From: a bacterium
GTDB lineage: Bacteria > SM23-31
Reading direction: 5' to 3'
Length of the DNA stretch: 64,000 nt
Assembly (NCBI GenBank): GCA_965249485.1
Contig: OZ252239.1
Span: forward strand, 2,784,001 to 2,848,000
Of this stretch, positions 1 to 10,441 are shown one piece after another (position 1 is the stretch's first letter; each line of letters opens with the position of its first letter). The notes under the pieces were generated by a model. It had not been told where the DNA came from. It saw only the letters and a program-made list of their open reading frames with translations, and made no database searches. A program made the position numbers and the translations under genes.

Positions 1-1128
1 AACCACATTATTAACTTTACCATCCCTAATGTAAGTAAGCTTAATCTTGTCACCCGGTTTTTTACTTGCTACGATAGTTTGTAGTTGGCCGCTTCTTCCA
101 ATAGGATTGTCATTAACGGCAATAATAACATCATCCTTTTGTAAACCAGCACGTTTTCCCGGTGAATCTTCGCCCAGGGTGAAATCTCTTATGACCACAC
201 CATATGGATTATCGAGTTGATATTTTTTCATCTCTTTTTGGTCTTGAATCTCTTGAAATGATATCCCGATAATCCCCCGTTTCACTGTCCCAAAAATACG
301 AAGGTCATTTGTGATGTTTTTTGCCAGATTAATTGGTATAGCAAATCCATACCCTTGATATGATCCTGTATTTGATAGAATCGCGGTATTAATACCGATT
401 ACTTCTCCATCAAGGTTTATGAGTGGACCACCGCTGTTACCTGGATTGATTGCGGCATCAGTCTGAATAAAATCCTCAATCTTATAATTATTTGAATTAT
501 TCGGATCCTGTCTATTTATTATTCCGAGATTTCTCCCGATGGCACTGACAATTCCTGCAGTGACTGTAGAATTGAGCATTTCTCCGAATGGAGTACCTAT
601 AGCCATTACCCACTCACCAATTTGCACTTGTTCAGAATTTCCGAGCCTTGCATATGGAAGGTTTTCTCCTTCAATTTTTATGAGAGCAACATCAGTTAAC
701 GGATCGGCTCCGACAATTTCCGCATTAAATCTCCTTTTATCAAGGAGTCTCACTTCCAATTTCGATGCATCTTTAATGACATGGTTGTTTGTCAAGATAT
801 AACCTGCCTTATCAATGAGTACGCCTGATCCGAGACCCTGCTGGCTGAACTCTTCATCTTGAGGAAAAAACCGACGAAAAAAGTCATCAAACTCACCACT
901 CCCTCTCCCCTCATGCATTTGAGAAAGTGAAATATTTTTTGTAGCAGTGATACTTACAACTGCAGGAGTAACTTCTTTTGCAACTTCAACAAACGCATTG
1001 CTGAATGCTTTTAATTGCCTGACATCACTCTGATAAGAATATGCAGAATCTATGGATACAACATTCAACAATAATAACAATTGCGCAGTTACAAACAATT
1101 TTTTATATATTTGAAGCCTATCCACCAT
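1..1128 (-). CDS. degP: DegP/HtrA (Do family) periplasmic serine protease, 3' end runs off the window
   Basis: Manual minus-strand translation gives a signal peptide (MVDRLQIYKKLF...), GLGSGVLIDKAGYILTNNHV, DPLTDVAL and IQTDAAINPGNSGGPL, then a PDZ domain. RBS GAGGGGAGG upstream. Not in the ORF track because it is truncated. Confidence 0.93.
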   Translation of the reverse strand, partial: MVDRLQIYKKLFVTAQLLLLLNVVSIDSAYSYQSDVRQLKAFSNAFVEVAKEVTPAVVSITATKNISLSQMHEGRGSGEFDDFFRRFFPQDEEFSQQGLGSGVLIDKAGYILTNNHVIKDASKLEVRLLDKRRFNAEIVGADPLTDVALIKIEGENLPYARLGNSEQVQIGEWVMAIGTPFGEMLNSTVTAGIVSAIGRNLGIINRQDPNNSNNYKIEDFIQTDAAINPGNSGGPLINLDGEVIGINTAILSNTGSYQGYGFAIPINLAKNITNDLRIFGTVKRGIIGISFQEIQDQKEMKKYQLDNPYGVVIRDFTLGEDSPGKRAGLQKDDVIIAVNDNPIGRSGQLQTIVASKKPGDKIKLTYIRDGKVNNVV

Positions 1129-1186
1129 ACTAAAATACCTCCCTCAATAATTATTTCTCCAAAAATAATTGAATTTTACGGTTCAT

Positions 1187-1573
1187 TTATTTTTCATTAC
1201 TTGCAGTTTCATTATCGGTGTCTTTGCTTTGAGCATCATCGGAAGGCTGATCATCAGTCTCTTCCGAGGTTAATTCGGTTGCTTCCGGTGTTTCCTCAGG
1301 TTCAGGTTTATTCTTCTCTGCAATAAAATTCAGCCGCAAATCGGTCAAGGTTTGTTGCAACATCCTTTCTTCTTCGTCAGAGAGATTCCCTTTTGTTTTT
1401 TCTGCCAGCATTCCAAGCATATCGATAGCAATCTGTGCTTCATACAGATTACGTTCGATTTTTTGTGCAACCGGATTCATCATTTTCCCCATACCGATCA
1501 TAGCGGTTACTTGAAAATTCAATATAAGAGACCTGAGCAGGTCGTCTGTGCTTAATCCGGATTCATTTGTCAT
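1187..1573 (-). CDS. DUF1844-family protein
   Basis: AMIGMGKMMNP...AQIAIDMLGMLAEKTKGNLSDEEERMLQQTLTDLRLNF matches the DUF1844 pattern; GAGGAG RBS before ATG at 1573. Confidence 0.8.
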   Translation of the reverse strand: MTNESGLSTDDLLRSLILNFQVTAMIGMGKMMNPVAQKIERNLYEAQIAIDMLGMLAEKTKGNLSDEEERMLQQTLTDLRLNFIAEKNKPEPEETPEATELTSEETDDQPSDDAQSKDTDNETASNEK

Positions 1574-1595
1574 AGCAGTTCTCCTCATTCATTTG

Positions 1596-2285
1596 TCAAC
1601 GATCCATATATCCTCTGATGAGTATCAATCTCAATAGCTGCAATACTGCAACCGCTGCCGCGGCTACATACGTAAGTGCAGCTGCGTTCAATACCATTCG
1701 AGCGCCTTCTGTTTCATCTTTGTCGAGAATGGCGAATCCTTCTATCGATACAAGCGCCCGAGAACTTGCATTAAACTCAACCGGAAGAGTAACGAGAGTA
1801 AAAAACACTACGGCACCAAATAGATATATTCCGAAATCGATGAGCATTGGATGTGAAAACAGCATACCGATTATCACCAGCGGCATAGCCAGCCATGAAC
1901 CGAACCTGCTAACCGGAACAAGTGCAGTCCTTATTTTCAAGGGCGCATACTCCTGAGCATGCTGTATTGCATGGCCTACTTCGTGTGCAGAAACACCGAC
2001 AGCGGCAATTGATTTACCTTCGTAATTTTCAGGTGATAGCCGAAGCGTCTTGGTTCTCGGATCATAATGATCACTTAACATTCTGTCTGTCTGTTCAATT
2101 TCCACATCGTTAATACCATTACTTTGTAGAATTAAACGAGCAACCTCTTTACCTGTAATGCCCCTGTGCGAAGGAACCTGTTTAAATTTGTTGTATGTTG
2201 AACGCACTTTTGAGCTAGCATACAGGCTAAAGAGTATTCCAGGTATCAGGAAAATCATTGTCGGATCGAAAAAGAAAAAAGGCAT
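1596..2285 (-). CDS. Membrane zinc metallopeptidase (YugP / Zn_peptidase_2 family)
   Basis: LSDHYDP, AHEVGHAIQH (HExxH), LVTLPVEFNASSRA and AAALTYVAAA motifs. Confidence 0.9.
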   Translation of the reverse strand: MPFFFFDPTMIFLIPGILFSLYASSKVRSTYNKFKQVPSHRGITGKEVARLILQSNGINDVEIEQTDRMLSDHYDPRTKTLRLSPENYEGKSIAAVGVSAHEVGHAIQHAQEYAPLKIRTALVPVSRFGSWLAMPLVIIGMLFSHPMLIDFGIYLFGAVVFFTLVTLPVEFNASSRALVSIEGFAILDKDETEGARMVLNAAALTYVAAAAVAVLQLLRLILIRGYMDR

Positions 2286-2445
2286 TATTACTTCCTCCGT
2301 ATATTATTACTACAATAACGAACAGGATTTTGTTCAATATATTAGTTGTCAGTAAAATCTACTAAGGTCGGACAATAAAAGTTCCGTTCAATTAAACGAA
2401 ATCAGCTGTTTATATCACTGATTAAGCATTAAATTGCCAATACAT

Positions 2446-2649
2446 TCAAACGGACAAATCTACAACAACGCCTTTTGGAGTAATTTCCGCTTTAAATTCT
2501 CTTCGGACACTTCCACCGGCTTTCAGTTTACCTGGTATGACAGCACGCATAGAAATAGTGCCTCGTATAGCTCCGAGCTTTTGCAGCCTGACCGATGAAA
2601 GGTCTATTCTTGGAACCGGTCTCGATCTTATATTTATATTTCCGGGCAT
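2446..2649 (-). CDS. Small hypothetical protein ending in GxxVDLxV (resembles YjfB-like motility-associated peptides)
   Basis: 67-aa ORF from ATG at 2649 ending TPKGVVVDLSV*; a sigma-28-like element lies upstream. Confidence 0.45.
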   Translation of the reverse strand: MPGNINIRSRPVPRIDLSSVRLQKLGAIRGTISMRAVIPGKLKAGGSVRREFKAEITPKGVVVDLSV

Positions 2650-2761
2650 ACGAAACAATTATTGAATAATAATGTTTAATATACTGAATTATTCTTCATT
2701 ATAACAGCATATATCATGAAAGAATCTAAATGGTATCTTGAAAGTATCCGTTTTACTTATT

Positions 2762-2788
2762 TAATCGGTTGATAATTTGAAATATTTT
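2762..2788 (-). promoter_or_regulatory. Weak sigma-28 (FliA)-like promoter
   Basis: Minus strand reads AAAA-N15-ACCGATTA against consensus TAAA-N15-GCCGATAA. Confidence 0.3.
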
Positions 2789-2919
2789 CCATTAATTCTC
2801 TATGATTGCATTTTTTATTCATTTAAAAGGTTTTACTCCCATAGCAGTGCAAGATTTAAGCAGGATTTTTACGAAAAAAATAAATATTGGATTTAAGAAA
2901 AAAGAGTAATGACGAGCGT

Positions 2920-5085
2920 ATGCAAAAAAACGTAATAAAAAGATTGAGTTCCACTCACAAGTATGTTATCAGTTTCATAGCAATTTTACTACTTGTCATT
3001 GGTTCGGGATTGTATTTCCGGTATCTATCTAGCGGCCTTCCTTCACTTAAGGATTTACAAACATTTGAACCTTACTTAACGTCACAGATTATATCAGCTG
3101 ACGGAGTCGTAATTACAGAGCTGGCTAAGCAAAAGCGTGTATTAATACCCTTGAGCAGAATTCCACATAATATGATTAACGCTACAATCGCTACCGAAGA
3201 TCACCGATTTTTCCAGCATTGGGGTGTTGACTCTTACCGCTTTTTTGGTGCCGTAATTCAGGTTGTGAAATCACTCAGATATGCAGAGGGATTTAGTACA
3301 ATTACAATGCAAATTGCACGCGGTCTGCACCTTAGTCCCCGTAAAGAAATAGCAAGAAAGCTGAGAGAGATTATTACCGCGGTTCAGATCGAAAAACGGT
3401 ATTCGAAAAATGAAATTCTTGAGATGTATCTCAATAACAGTTATTTTGGTCATGGCGCATACGGTGTAGATCAGGCAGCTGATATTTTTTTTGATACTCT
3501 GATTGAAAATCTGACTCTTGTACAAAGTGCTCAACTCATAGCTCAGATTAATGCTCCAACTCGCTATTCTCCAATACTTCATCCAGAACGATCTCGTGAT
3601 CGGCGGAATCTTGTCCTCTATAATATGCTCCGGCATGGTTATATAGACCGCACTCAATACGAAAACGGTCGTCAAGAACCGTTGCTGACTGTTGCAAAGT
3701 TACGGGCCATAGAGCCTGCATCGTATGGTATCGCGCCGTATTTTTCTGAGCTTGTCCGCCAAAATCTCGAAGAAATGCAGGAAACATATAACTTCGATAT
3801 TTACAGAGATGGCTTGAAAGTTTACACAACGATAGATACTCGGACACAGGCAATTGCAGAAAAAGCGGTTGCCGAACAATTGGAACGCCAGCAGCGAATC
3901 GCCGATAGCAGAATGCGCAGTCCTAAAGCTCGGACAGAGCTCTTGGAAAAACTGAGCTTTTCGAACGATATCGATCTTGTGAAAATTCCCGAGCTTATCC
4001 GGGATGAAGCATATATGGATTCCGTATCTCGTAAAGAAAATATTATTCAGGCAGCCTTTGTAGCAATGGATCTCGAAAACGGTCATGTTATCGCTATGGT
4101 TGGCGGGCGTAATTTTGCCGAATCAAAATTCAACCGTGCGACCCAGGCGCTCCGGCAGCCTGGTTCTGTATTTAAACCGATAGTCTATGCCGTTGCTATT
4201 GATAATGGATATCCCGTTACACATCAACTTCTTAACCAGCCGGTAACGGTCATGCTGGAAGATGGAACACGCTGGACTCCTACAAATTACGATAACTCAA
4301 TTGGTGGACTTACAACATTACGTGAAGGCATTATTAGATCATTGAACCTCATTACTGTACGATTAATCCAGCAAATCATTCCGCCGCGTGAGGTAGTATT
4401 GGTGGCAAAAAAAATGGGGCTTACCTCGTACATAGCAGAGGTTGATGCTATTGCGCTCGGCGTATCTGAAGTTTACCCTATAGAAATCGTTTCCGCATAC
4501 AGTGCTTTTCCTAATAAGGGTATCAAAGTCGATCCTGTATTCATTAAACGCATTGAGGATAGATTCGGTAGTGAAATATATTCAATCACTCAACCTGTCA
4601 AACAGGAGGTTCTCAGTGAAGAAACTGCATATATTGTTACCGATCTCATGAGAAGTGTTGTGCGGAGCGGTACCGGAAGAAATTCGCATATAGTTTATGG
4701 ATTTAATCATCCTGCCGGGGGAAAAACAGGCACGACTAATGACCATACAGATGCGTGGTTTGTCGGATACAGCAAACAGATAATTGCAGGTACTTGGGTG
4801 GGGCTCGACAATCCGGCATTTACGCTCGGAAACAGTCAGTCGGGCGCAGTTGCAGCACTACCGATCTGGTCAAAGTTTATGGCAGCGGCTCACGATACAC
4901 TTAATTTACCTGTTGTTGATTTTGAGATGCCTGCTGGGGTAACACGTTTAACGATTTGTGATGAAACAAAAGATCTTGCAAGCAGGTACTGTCCAGTTAA
5001 AGTTCAGGAAATATTCAACACTCGACACCAGCCAACAACAGAATGTAAAACGCACAGCTATGTGCAAAAGAAAAGAGGAGTGTAG
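2920..5085 (+). CDS. mrcA: Class A penicillin-binding protein (PBP1A; transglycosylase/transpeptidase)
   Basis: N-terminal TM; EDHRFFQHWGVD, GFSTITMQ and RKLRE GT51 motifs; SVFK, SLN and KTG transpeptidase motifs. Start could be 2887 (TTG) or 2920 (ATG). Confidence 0.93.
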   Translation: MQKNVIKRLSSTHKYVISFIAILLLVIGSGLYFRYLSSGLPSLKDLQTFEPYLTSQIISADGVVITELAKQKRVLIPLSRIPHNMINATIATEDHRFFQHWGVDSYRFFGAVIQVVKSLRYAEGFSTITMQIARGLHLSPRKEIARKLREIITAVQIEKRYSKNEILEMYLNNSYFGHGAYGVDQAADIFFDTLIENLTLVQSAQLIAQINAPTRYSPILHPERSRDRRNLVLYNMLRHGYIDRTQYENGRQEPLLTVAKLRAIEPASYGIAPYFSELVRQNLEEMQETYNFDIYRDGLKVYTTIDTRTQAIAEKAVAEQLERQQRIADSRMRSPKARTELLEKLSFSNDIDLVKIPELIRDEAYMDSVSRKENIIQAAFVAMDLENGHVIAMVGGRNFAESKFNRATQALRQPGSVFKPIVYAVAIDNGYPVTHQLLNQPVTVMLEDGTRWTPTNYDNSIGGLTTLREGIIRSLNLITVRLIQQIIPPREVVLVAKKMGLTSYIAEVDAIALGVSEVYPIEIVSAYSAFPNKGIKVDPVFIKRIEDRFGSEIYSITQPVKQEVLSEETAYIVTDLMRSVVRSGTGRNSHIVYGFNHPAGGKTGTTNDHTDAWFVGYSKQIIAGTWVGLDNPAFTLGNSQSGAVAALPIWSKFMAAAHDTLNLPVVDFEMPAGVTRLTICDETKDLASRYCPVKVQEIFNTRHQPTTECKTHSYVQKKRGV

Positions 5086-5121
5086 TATACAATTTTCCAC
5101 CATGGAATCGAACCATTCAGA

Positions 5122-6474
5122 TTAAATCCCACTTGTGATTTTTTTCAGATACCTTAATGCTGTTTCATCTGCTTTTTCTTTTGTCTGTGCTTCTGCGATA
5201 ACGCGAATTATTGGCTCAGTGTTCGATTTTCGTATATGCACCCAGTGTGACGGAAAAATAAGTTTCAGACCATCGGTAATATCTACCTCAGCACCTCCCG
5301 GGTTTTCTCGAATTTCCTCAATTGCATTCTCAACAGTCTTGCTATCAATTTCCGATTTCAATTTTGTCATATAATATCGGGGAAAATCTGCTTTGACTGC
5401 ACTCATCGGTTTCCCTCTCTCTGCGTAGAGTTGCAATATAAGAGAAGCACCAATTAACGCATCACGACCATAGTGGATATCCGGGAATATAACTCCCCCA
5501 TTTCCTTCTCCACCAACTATACATCCCGATTCTATCATCTTTTTAACAACATGTGCTTCTCCAACAGCTGAACGATGGATTGTAACAGCAAAGCGGTCGG
5601 CAACGTCATCAAGAGCTGAGGTAGTCGAAACGTTTGCAGCAATTGAGCCAATTTGATGCTCAAGAACCGATGTGGCAGCAAGAACAATGGTGTATTCTTC
5701 TCCGAGCGGAATACCAGATTCATCGACAACTGCAAGACGGTCTCCATCGGGATCCAAGGCAAATCCAATGTCTGCTCCAACGTTTAAAACAGTCGAGCAC
5801 AGTTCTGTAATGTTTTCAGGCAGCGGCTCCGTGCCGCGGGGAAAATGCCCATCTGGCTCACAATGCAGCTTTATCACATCGCAGCCCAGTTCTTCAAGTA
5901 ATAACGGGAATATAGAGCTTGCAGCACCATTGACACAATCGACAACAACTTTAAACCGCTTTTTTCTAATTATTTCCGGCATTATAAATTCACTGCAGAG
6001 GATTGCCTTAATATGGTCATAGTCATGCGATGTCTGGTCGTTACAGGTACCCAGACCTAAGTGGTCAGTATAAGCGAAAGAGTTTGAGTCGATTATATGT
6101 TGTAATAGCATGCCTTTATCGGTATCGATAAACATTCCCTTATTATCTACAAATTTAAGTGCATTCCATTCTGCGGGATTGTGGCTTGCAGTAATAACAA
6201 TACCGCCATCTGCACTAAAATGCGGAATTGCCATCTGTACAGTAGGTGTTGTGCTTATGCCGAGCGGAATAACCGTACAGCCCACAGCCATTAGGGCAGC
6301 TCTTACTGCTTGTTCTACCATCGGCCCTGAAATTCTTGTATCCCGGCCTACTACAACTGTTCCGCCATTGCACATTGTACCGAATGCGGATGTGTATCGG
6401 GCGATCACGTCCGGCGTCAGACTCTCACCTACTATACCCCGAACACCTGATACGGATACCATAAGTGGTTTCAT
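5122..6474 (-). CDS. glmM: Phosphoglucosamine mutase (alpha-D-phosphohexomutase family)
   Basis: SVSGVRG, GRDTRISG, ITASHNP, DPDGDR, GGEGNGG and RKSNTEP motifs; likely start MKPLMVSVSG at 6474. Confidence 0.85.
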   Translation of the reverse strand: MKPLMVSVSGVRGIVGESLTPDVIARYTSAFGTMCNGGTVVVGRDTRISGPMVEQAVRAALMAVGCTVIPLGISTTPTVQMAIPHFSADGGIVITASHNPAEWNALKFVDNKGMFIDTDKGMLLQHIIDSNSFAYTDHLGLGTCNDQTSHDYDHIKAILCSEFIMPEIIRKKRFKVVVDCVNGAASSIFPLLLEELGCDVIKLHCEPDGHFPRGTEPLPENITELCSTVLNVGADIGFALDPDGDRLAVVDESGIPLGEEYTIVLAATSVLEHQIGSIAANVSTTSALDDVADRFAVTIHRSAVGEAHVVKKMIESGCIVGGEGNGGVIFPDIHYGRDALIGASLILQLYAERGKPMSAVKADFPRYYMTKLKSEIDSKTVENAIEEIRENPGGAEVDITDGLKLIFPSHWVHIRKSNTEPIIRVIAEAQTKEKADETALRYLKKITSGI

Positions 6475-6481
6475 AGAAATA

Positions 6482-6688
6482 TCACGATTTACTATTTTTG
6501 CGGAAGATGTTACTAAAAAAGGAGACAACACTGGAATGCTCAACAAATTCATATCCGCAATTTGGGCACTTTACGGCGTGGCAATGAGAAGCGACCGGGC
6601 AGCCCGAATGGCAGTTTTCCTCAACGGTATTAAAATTGTGCTGGCACAATGGGCACGTTACATCTTGAGATTTATCTGTTTGATTCAT
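6482..6688 (-). CDS. Small Cys-rich (probable Zn/Fe-binding) protein
   Basis: CPLC...CHSGCP...CHAVKCPNCGYEF; stop codon 7 nt before the glmM start. Confidence 0.7.
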   Translation of the reverse strand: MNQTDKSQDVTCPLCQHNFNTVEENCHSGCPVASHCHAVKCPNCGYEFVEHSSVVSFFSNIFRKNSKS

Positions 6689-7381
6689 ACGAACATTCAA
6701 CAATACATACTATTCTTTCGTTCCTACGTGACATTGATTTTATTATTATAACGTACGAGTTTTTTAAAACATTTTCAAGTAAATAAATACTTGACAATTC
6801 ACCACATTACTTAATTAGTATATGTATTTTAATTTCGTGAAAATGACCACTTCAATATTGATTATTCCAAATCCGATTTGAATACAATGTTCAACCTCAG
6901 TAGTAGTGAGCCCAATATTCTTATTTATGAACATTTTTCTGGTCAATTTAGACTGTAAAGATATCATTACCCATTAGAAAAAACATTCCAATATAAAAAA
7001 GACAAAAGTCATCTGTATATTCGATAGTATCGATTTATCAGTGGCTTACACCACCAGAGAATCCGGCATTCATGATTTCCTCCAAGATCCATTCCAATAT
7101 GAGAATTTAGATAGTACAATCAATGATGCTATGCAGATTTCATTAATATTCCTTTCGTACTTCAATGTAAATAATCTATCAATAATTACTTTTGACCAGT
7201 AGTTTTTAACATTGGTATTATACATTTTCATACGACACTTTTTATCTGCTGATAAAATTAGATTTTAAGTGAAGTGCTCACCAAAATTCCACCCTAAATC
7301 ACATCTTACGTTCTGCCATTTCTTCTCTCTTACAAACCTTGCTGTTTTTTTTGCAACGCCTACATTATTTCCAAAATCAGC

Positions 7382-7410
7382 TTGACATTATGGGTCTAAT
7401 TCCCTACTAA
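7382..7410 (+). promoter_or_regulatory. Putative sigma-70 promoter
   Basis: TTGACA-N17-TACTAA upstream of the aspartate-dehydrogenase-like gene. Confidence 0.4.
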
Positions 7411-7454
7411 TATGGCACCATTTACCCATGAATACGACAAATGATGGGGACTAT

Positions 7455-8213
7455 ATGCGAAAACGAGTCGGTATTATTGGATACGGTACGATCGGATCAT
7501 ATCTTGTAAAGAGAATCAAAGAAGATAATGATATTGAGATTGTCTTTGTTTACGAAAAAGATGAATTCAAATCAGCGCAACTCAGCAATTTAAAATTGGA
7601 TGATTTCAGTAGATTTACTAACTATAGGCCCGATATTGTAGTCGAATGTGCATTAAATAGTGTCGTCTGGGAATTTGCTCCTACCGTACTGCAGTATTGC
7701 GACATGATGATTATGTCGAATACCGCTTTAGCAGACGATTCCTTCAGGAATTCTATTGTATCTCTTTGCAGGAATCACAAAACGAAACTATTTGCGGTCC
7801 ATGGCGGAATTCTTGGACTTGATGGCATTTATGACGGCAGAAACATAATTAAAAGAGTGACAATCAGTAGTGATAAACATCCGAACAACTTTGATAGAGA
7901 CGATACTGAAAAAACTGTGATTTTCGAAGGCCCGACCAAAGAAATATGTTCCCTTTATCCGAGGAACGTCAATACACATGCCGCAGTGGCAATGGCGAGT
8001 ATTGGATTCGAAAACACGATTTCGAAAATGATTGCAAATCCCAATACCGATGTTAATTCACATAGTATTGAAGTTGATGCCGAGGGGATTGCTTTTCGGA
8101 TTGAAATCAAAAGTCCGCGCGCCAGTAAAATTACTGGTGTCTATACACTTGAGTCCGCCTACCAGTCTCTCCGGAGACTATGTGTCGACAATTACGGGAT
8201 AAACATTGTCTGA
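7455..8213 (+). CDS. L-aspartate dehydrogenase-like protein (NadX/DUF108 family)
   Basis: Rossmann GIIGYGTIG, VVECA, GGILGLDG, FEGPTKE and YPRNVN motifs; GGGGA RBS before ATG 7455. Confidence 0.8.
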   Translation: MRKRVGIIGYGTIGSYLVKRIKEDNDIEIVFVYEKDEFKSAQLSNLKLDDFSRFTNYRPDIVVECALNSVVWEFAPTVLQYCDMMIMSNTALADDSFRNSIVSLCRNHKTKLFAVHGGILGLDGIYDGRNIIKRVTISSDKHPNNFDRDDTEKTVIFEGPTKEICSLYPRNVNTHAAVAMASIGFENTISKMIANPNTDVNSHSIEVDAEGIAFRIEIKSPRASKITGVYTLESAYQSLRRLCVDNYGINIV

Positions 8214-8298
8214 TCCATTTCGATTCTATCTGGATTTTCGCTCTTAATGTTTTACTTTAAACAAAATATTGTTTATTATTATCAATTAATATCTTTGA

Positions 8299-9447
8299 AT
8301 GATTGATCACGCCATGTCGGAACAACGTGAAAATGTAACAATTACAGGTGTCAAGACCTATCCTATTGCGGTTCCAATTCATGATTTTGCTGATGCGCAT
8401 GAAAGTATTTCTACGTCGAATTCGGTTGTAGTAGTAATATCGACTGACAGCGGTCATACCGGTTTTGGTGAATCATGCGCATGGGAACCGACATTTTACG
8501 GGGAAACACTTGAGACAGTCGAACTGATAATAAAAAACTACTTCACACCTATCCTAATTGGACACAATCCCTGCCATCTCCATCCCCTTCTTTCAAAAAT
8601 TGATCGTACCGTTGCAAAATGTCCCGGTGCTAAAGAGGGTGTCGATCTTGCTTTGCATGACCTTGTGGGGAAAATACTCGAAGTTCCGGTCTGCACCTTA
8701 CTTGGTGGACGATATAGGGACAAAATCCACATTGCAAGCGAGCTCGGCATTGATACTGAAGAAGCTATGATACGCAATGCAAAGACATTCATCAAAAAGG
8801 GCATAAATGTTTTAAAGCTAAAGGGATCACACGACATTCGCGGTGATATCGACAAAGTTCAAGCAGTGAGAGATGCACTTGGAAATGCGGTTATACTAAG
8901 ACTTGATCCAAACTGTTCCTGGGGAGTCAATGAAACCATTGAAGCAATGAAGATGCTTGACTACTGCAATCTTGAGTTCCTCGAGCAGCCGATAAATCCA
9001 CAAAATATTGACGGACTTGCTAAGATTCGGAAAAATATAAACATACCTCTGATGGCAGATGAAAGCATCTGGCTGCCCGGAGATGTTGTTGCTTTAGCTC
9101 AGAAAGATGCTGTAGATATTGTCAATATAAAGCTTGCAAAAACAGGTGGTTTGTTTTCTGCAAAATCAGTTGAGGCAATTGCGGAAGCATACGGGCTGTC
9201 TTGGGGGATTGGAAATGAGATAGTTCCGGGTTTTACTGTGGGTGCGAAACTCCATTTGACTGCTTCGATGAAACACCTACCCTATGCATGTGAATTTACA
9301 GAGCTTTCCATATATAGGGAGAGCATTATCAAACCGAAAGTGAAAGTTGAGGACGGTTATATTCGTGTACCAGATTCACCAGGGCTTGGATTTAATCTCG
9401 ATGAAGAGGCACTTCGCAAATATTCGGTGAAACAGAAAATATGCTGA
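8299..9447 (+). CDS. Enolase-superfamily enzyme, muconate-lactonizing-enzyme (MLE) subgroup (racemase/epimerase/cycloisomerase)
   Basis: GFGES, DLALHDLVGK, KLK (KxK), RLDPN, EQP, ADES and NIKLAKTGG. Confidence 0.88.
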   Translation: MIDHAMSEQRENVTITGVKTYPIAVPIHDFADAHESISTSNSVVVVISTDSGHTGFGESCAWEPTFYGETLETVELIIKNYFTPILIGHNPCHLHPLLSKIDRTVAKCPGAKEGVDLALHDLVGKILEVPVCTLLGGRYRDKIHIASELGIDTEEAMIRNAKTFIKKGINVLKLKGSHDIRGDIDKVQAVRDALGNAVILRLDPNCSWGVNETIEAMKMLDYCNLEFLEQPINPQNIDGLAKIRKNINIPLMADESIWLPGDVVALAQKDAVDIVNIKLAKTGGLFSAKSVEAIAEAYGLSWGIGNEIVPGFTVGAKLHLTASMKHLPYACEFTELSIYRESIIKPKVKVEDGYIRVPDSPGLGFNLDEEALRKYSVKQKIC

Positions 9448-9474
9448 AAAGAACATTTTTCTCGGAATTAAGTC

Positions 9475-9502
9475 TTGCTTATTGAACCATATTTTGTAAA
9501 AT
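9475..9502 (+). promoter_or_regulatory. Putative sigma-70 promoter for dapA
   Basis: TTGCTT-N16-TAAAAT, with TG immediately 5' of the -10. Confidence 0.35.
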
Positions 9503-9535
9503 TGAATCCTTGAACCAGTGAAGGAGAAGATAGAA

Positions 9536-10414
9536 ATGGTATTCAATGGTGCCGGTGTTGCCATAGTTACTCCGTTCAATCCCGATTATTCTATAAATTA
9601 CCCCCTCTTTGACCAACTGCTTGACTTTCAGTTTGATAACGGAATCGATGCAATTATTGTATGCGGCACAACCGGTGAGTCAGCTACACTAACTTATAAA
9701 GAACACGAAGAGCTAATCGAACACACTATCCGCTTTGTTGCAGGACGGGTACCTGTTGTTGCGGGAACGGGCAGTAATGAAACACGCCGTGCTTTGGAGC
9801 TGACAAAACGTGCCGAGGAACTAGGTGCAGATGCTGCCCTTATTGTCACTCCCTATTATAATAAAACCTCGCAACGGGGATTATATGAGCATTTTAAGCA
9901 GATTAATGATGCTTGCTCTCTCCCAATTATTATGTACAATGTCCCCTCCCGGACAGGTTTGAATATGAGTGCGGATACAACTATTGCCCTTTCGAAACTA
10001 AAAAACATCGTTGCCACCAAAGAAGCGAGCAGTGATATTGTTCAAATTGCCCATATTGCTCGGGATGCTGATCCTCATTTTTCGATTTACTCTGGGAACG
10101 ATAACGAAACAGTTCCGATATTATCAGTTGGAGGTGTTGGAGTAATTTCAGTGTCCGCAAACATCATTCCTACCGAAATGTCTAAAATAGTTCGTCTTTA
10201 TCTTGAAAAAAAACATGATGAAAGTAGAGAGTTATTTTTGAAATATCTTCCGTTATTTCATGATCTATTTATTGATGTTAACCCTATTCCGGTGAAACAT
10301 GCGATGGAGCTTTTCGGGTTTTCTGTCGGTTCATGCAGATTACCCCTCATCTCCATGGAAGAATCTCAAATTGACAGGTTGAAAATCTCAATGACCGAAG
10401 CTGGGCTTTTATAA
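9536..10414 (+). CDS. dapA: 4-hydroxy-tetrahydrodipicolinate synthase
   Basis: AIVTPF, CGTTGES, TPYYNK, YNVPSRTG, KEAS and NPIPVK motifs; AAGGAG RBS before ATG 9536. Confidence 0.96.
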   Translation: MVFNGAGVAIVTPFNPDYSINYPLFDQLLDFQFDNGIDAIIVCGTTGESATLTYKEHEELIEHTIRFVAGRVPVVAGTGSNETRRALELTKRAEELGADAALIVTPYYNKTSQRGLYEHFKQINDACSLPIIMYNVPSRTGLNMSADTTIALSKLKNIVATKEASSDIVQIAHIARDADPHFSIYSGNDNETVPILSVGGVGVISVSANIIPTEMSKIVRLYLEKKHDESRELFLKYLPLFHDLFIDVNPIPVKHAMELFGFSVGSCRLPLISMEESQIDRLKISMTEAGLL

Positions 10415-10441
10415 CACACAATATCCATTGGAAAGTAACAT

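Noticed and set aside
539..6751. Short antisense or overlapping ORFs in the track (e.g. 539-802, 1618-1956, 6110-6751, and similar ones throughout)
   Set aside because: They lie opposite or within well-supported genes and have no independent motifs.
6720..7420. 700-bp intergenic region upstream of the dap cluster as a possible lysine riboswitch or sRNA
   Set aside because: No recognisable L-box motifs (AGAGGUGC, GCCGAA) or strong stems; only short unconvincing ORFs. An Rfam/Infernal scan would settle it.
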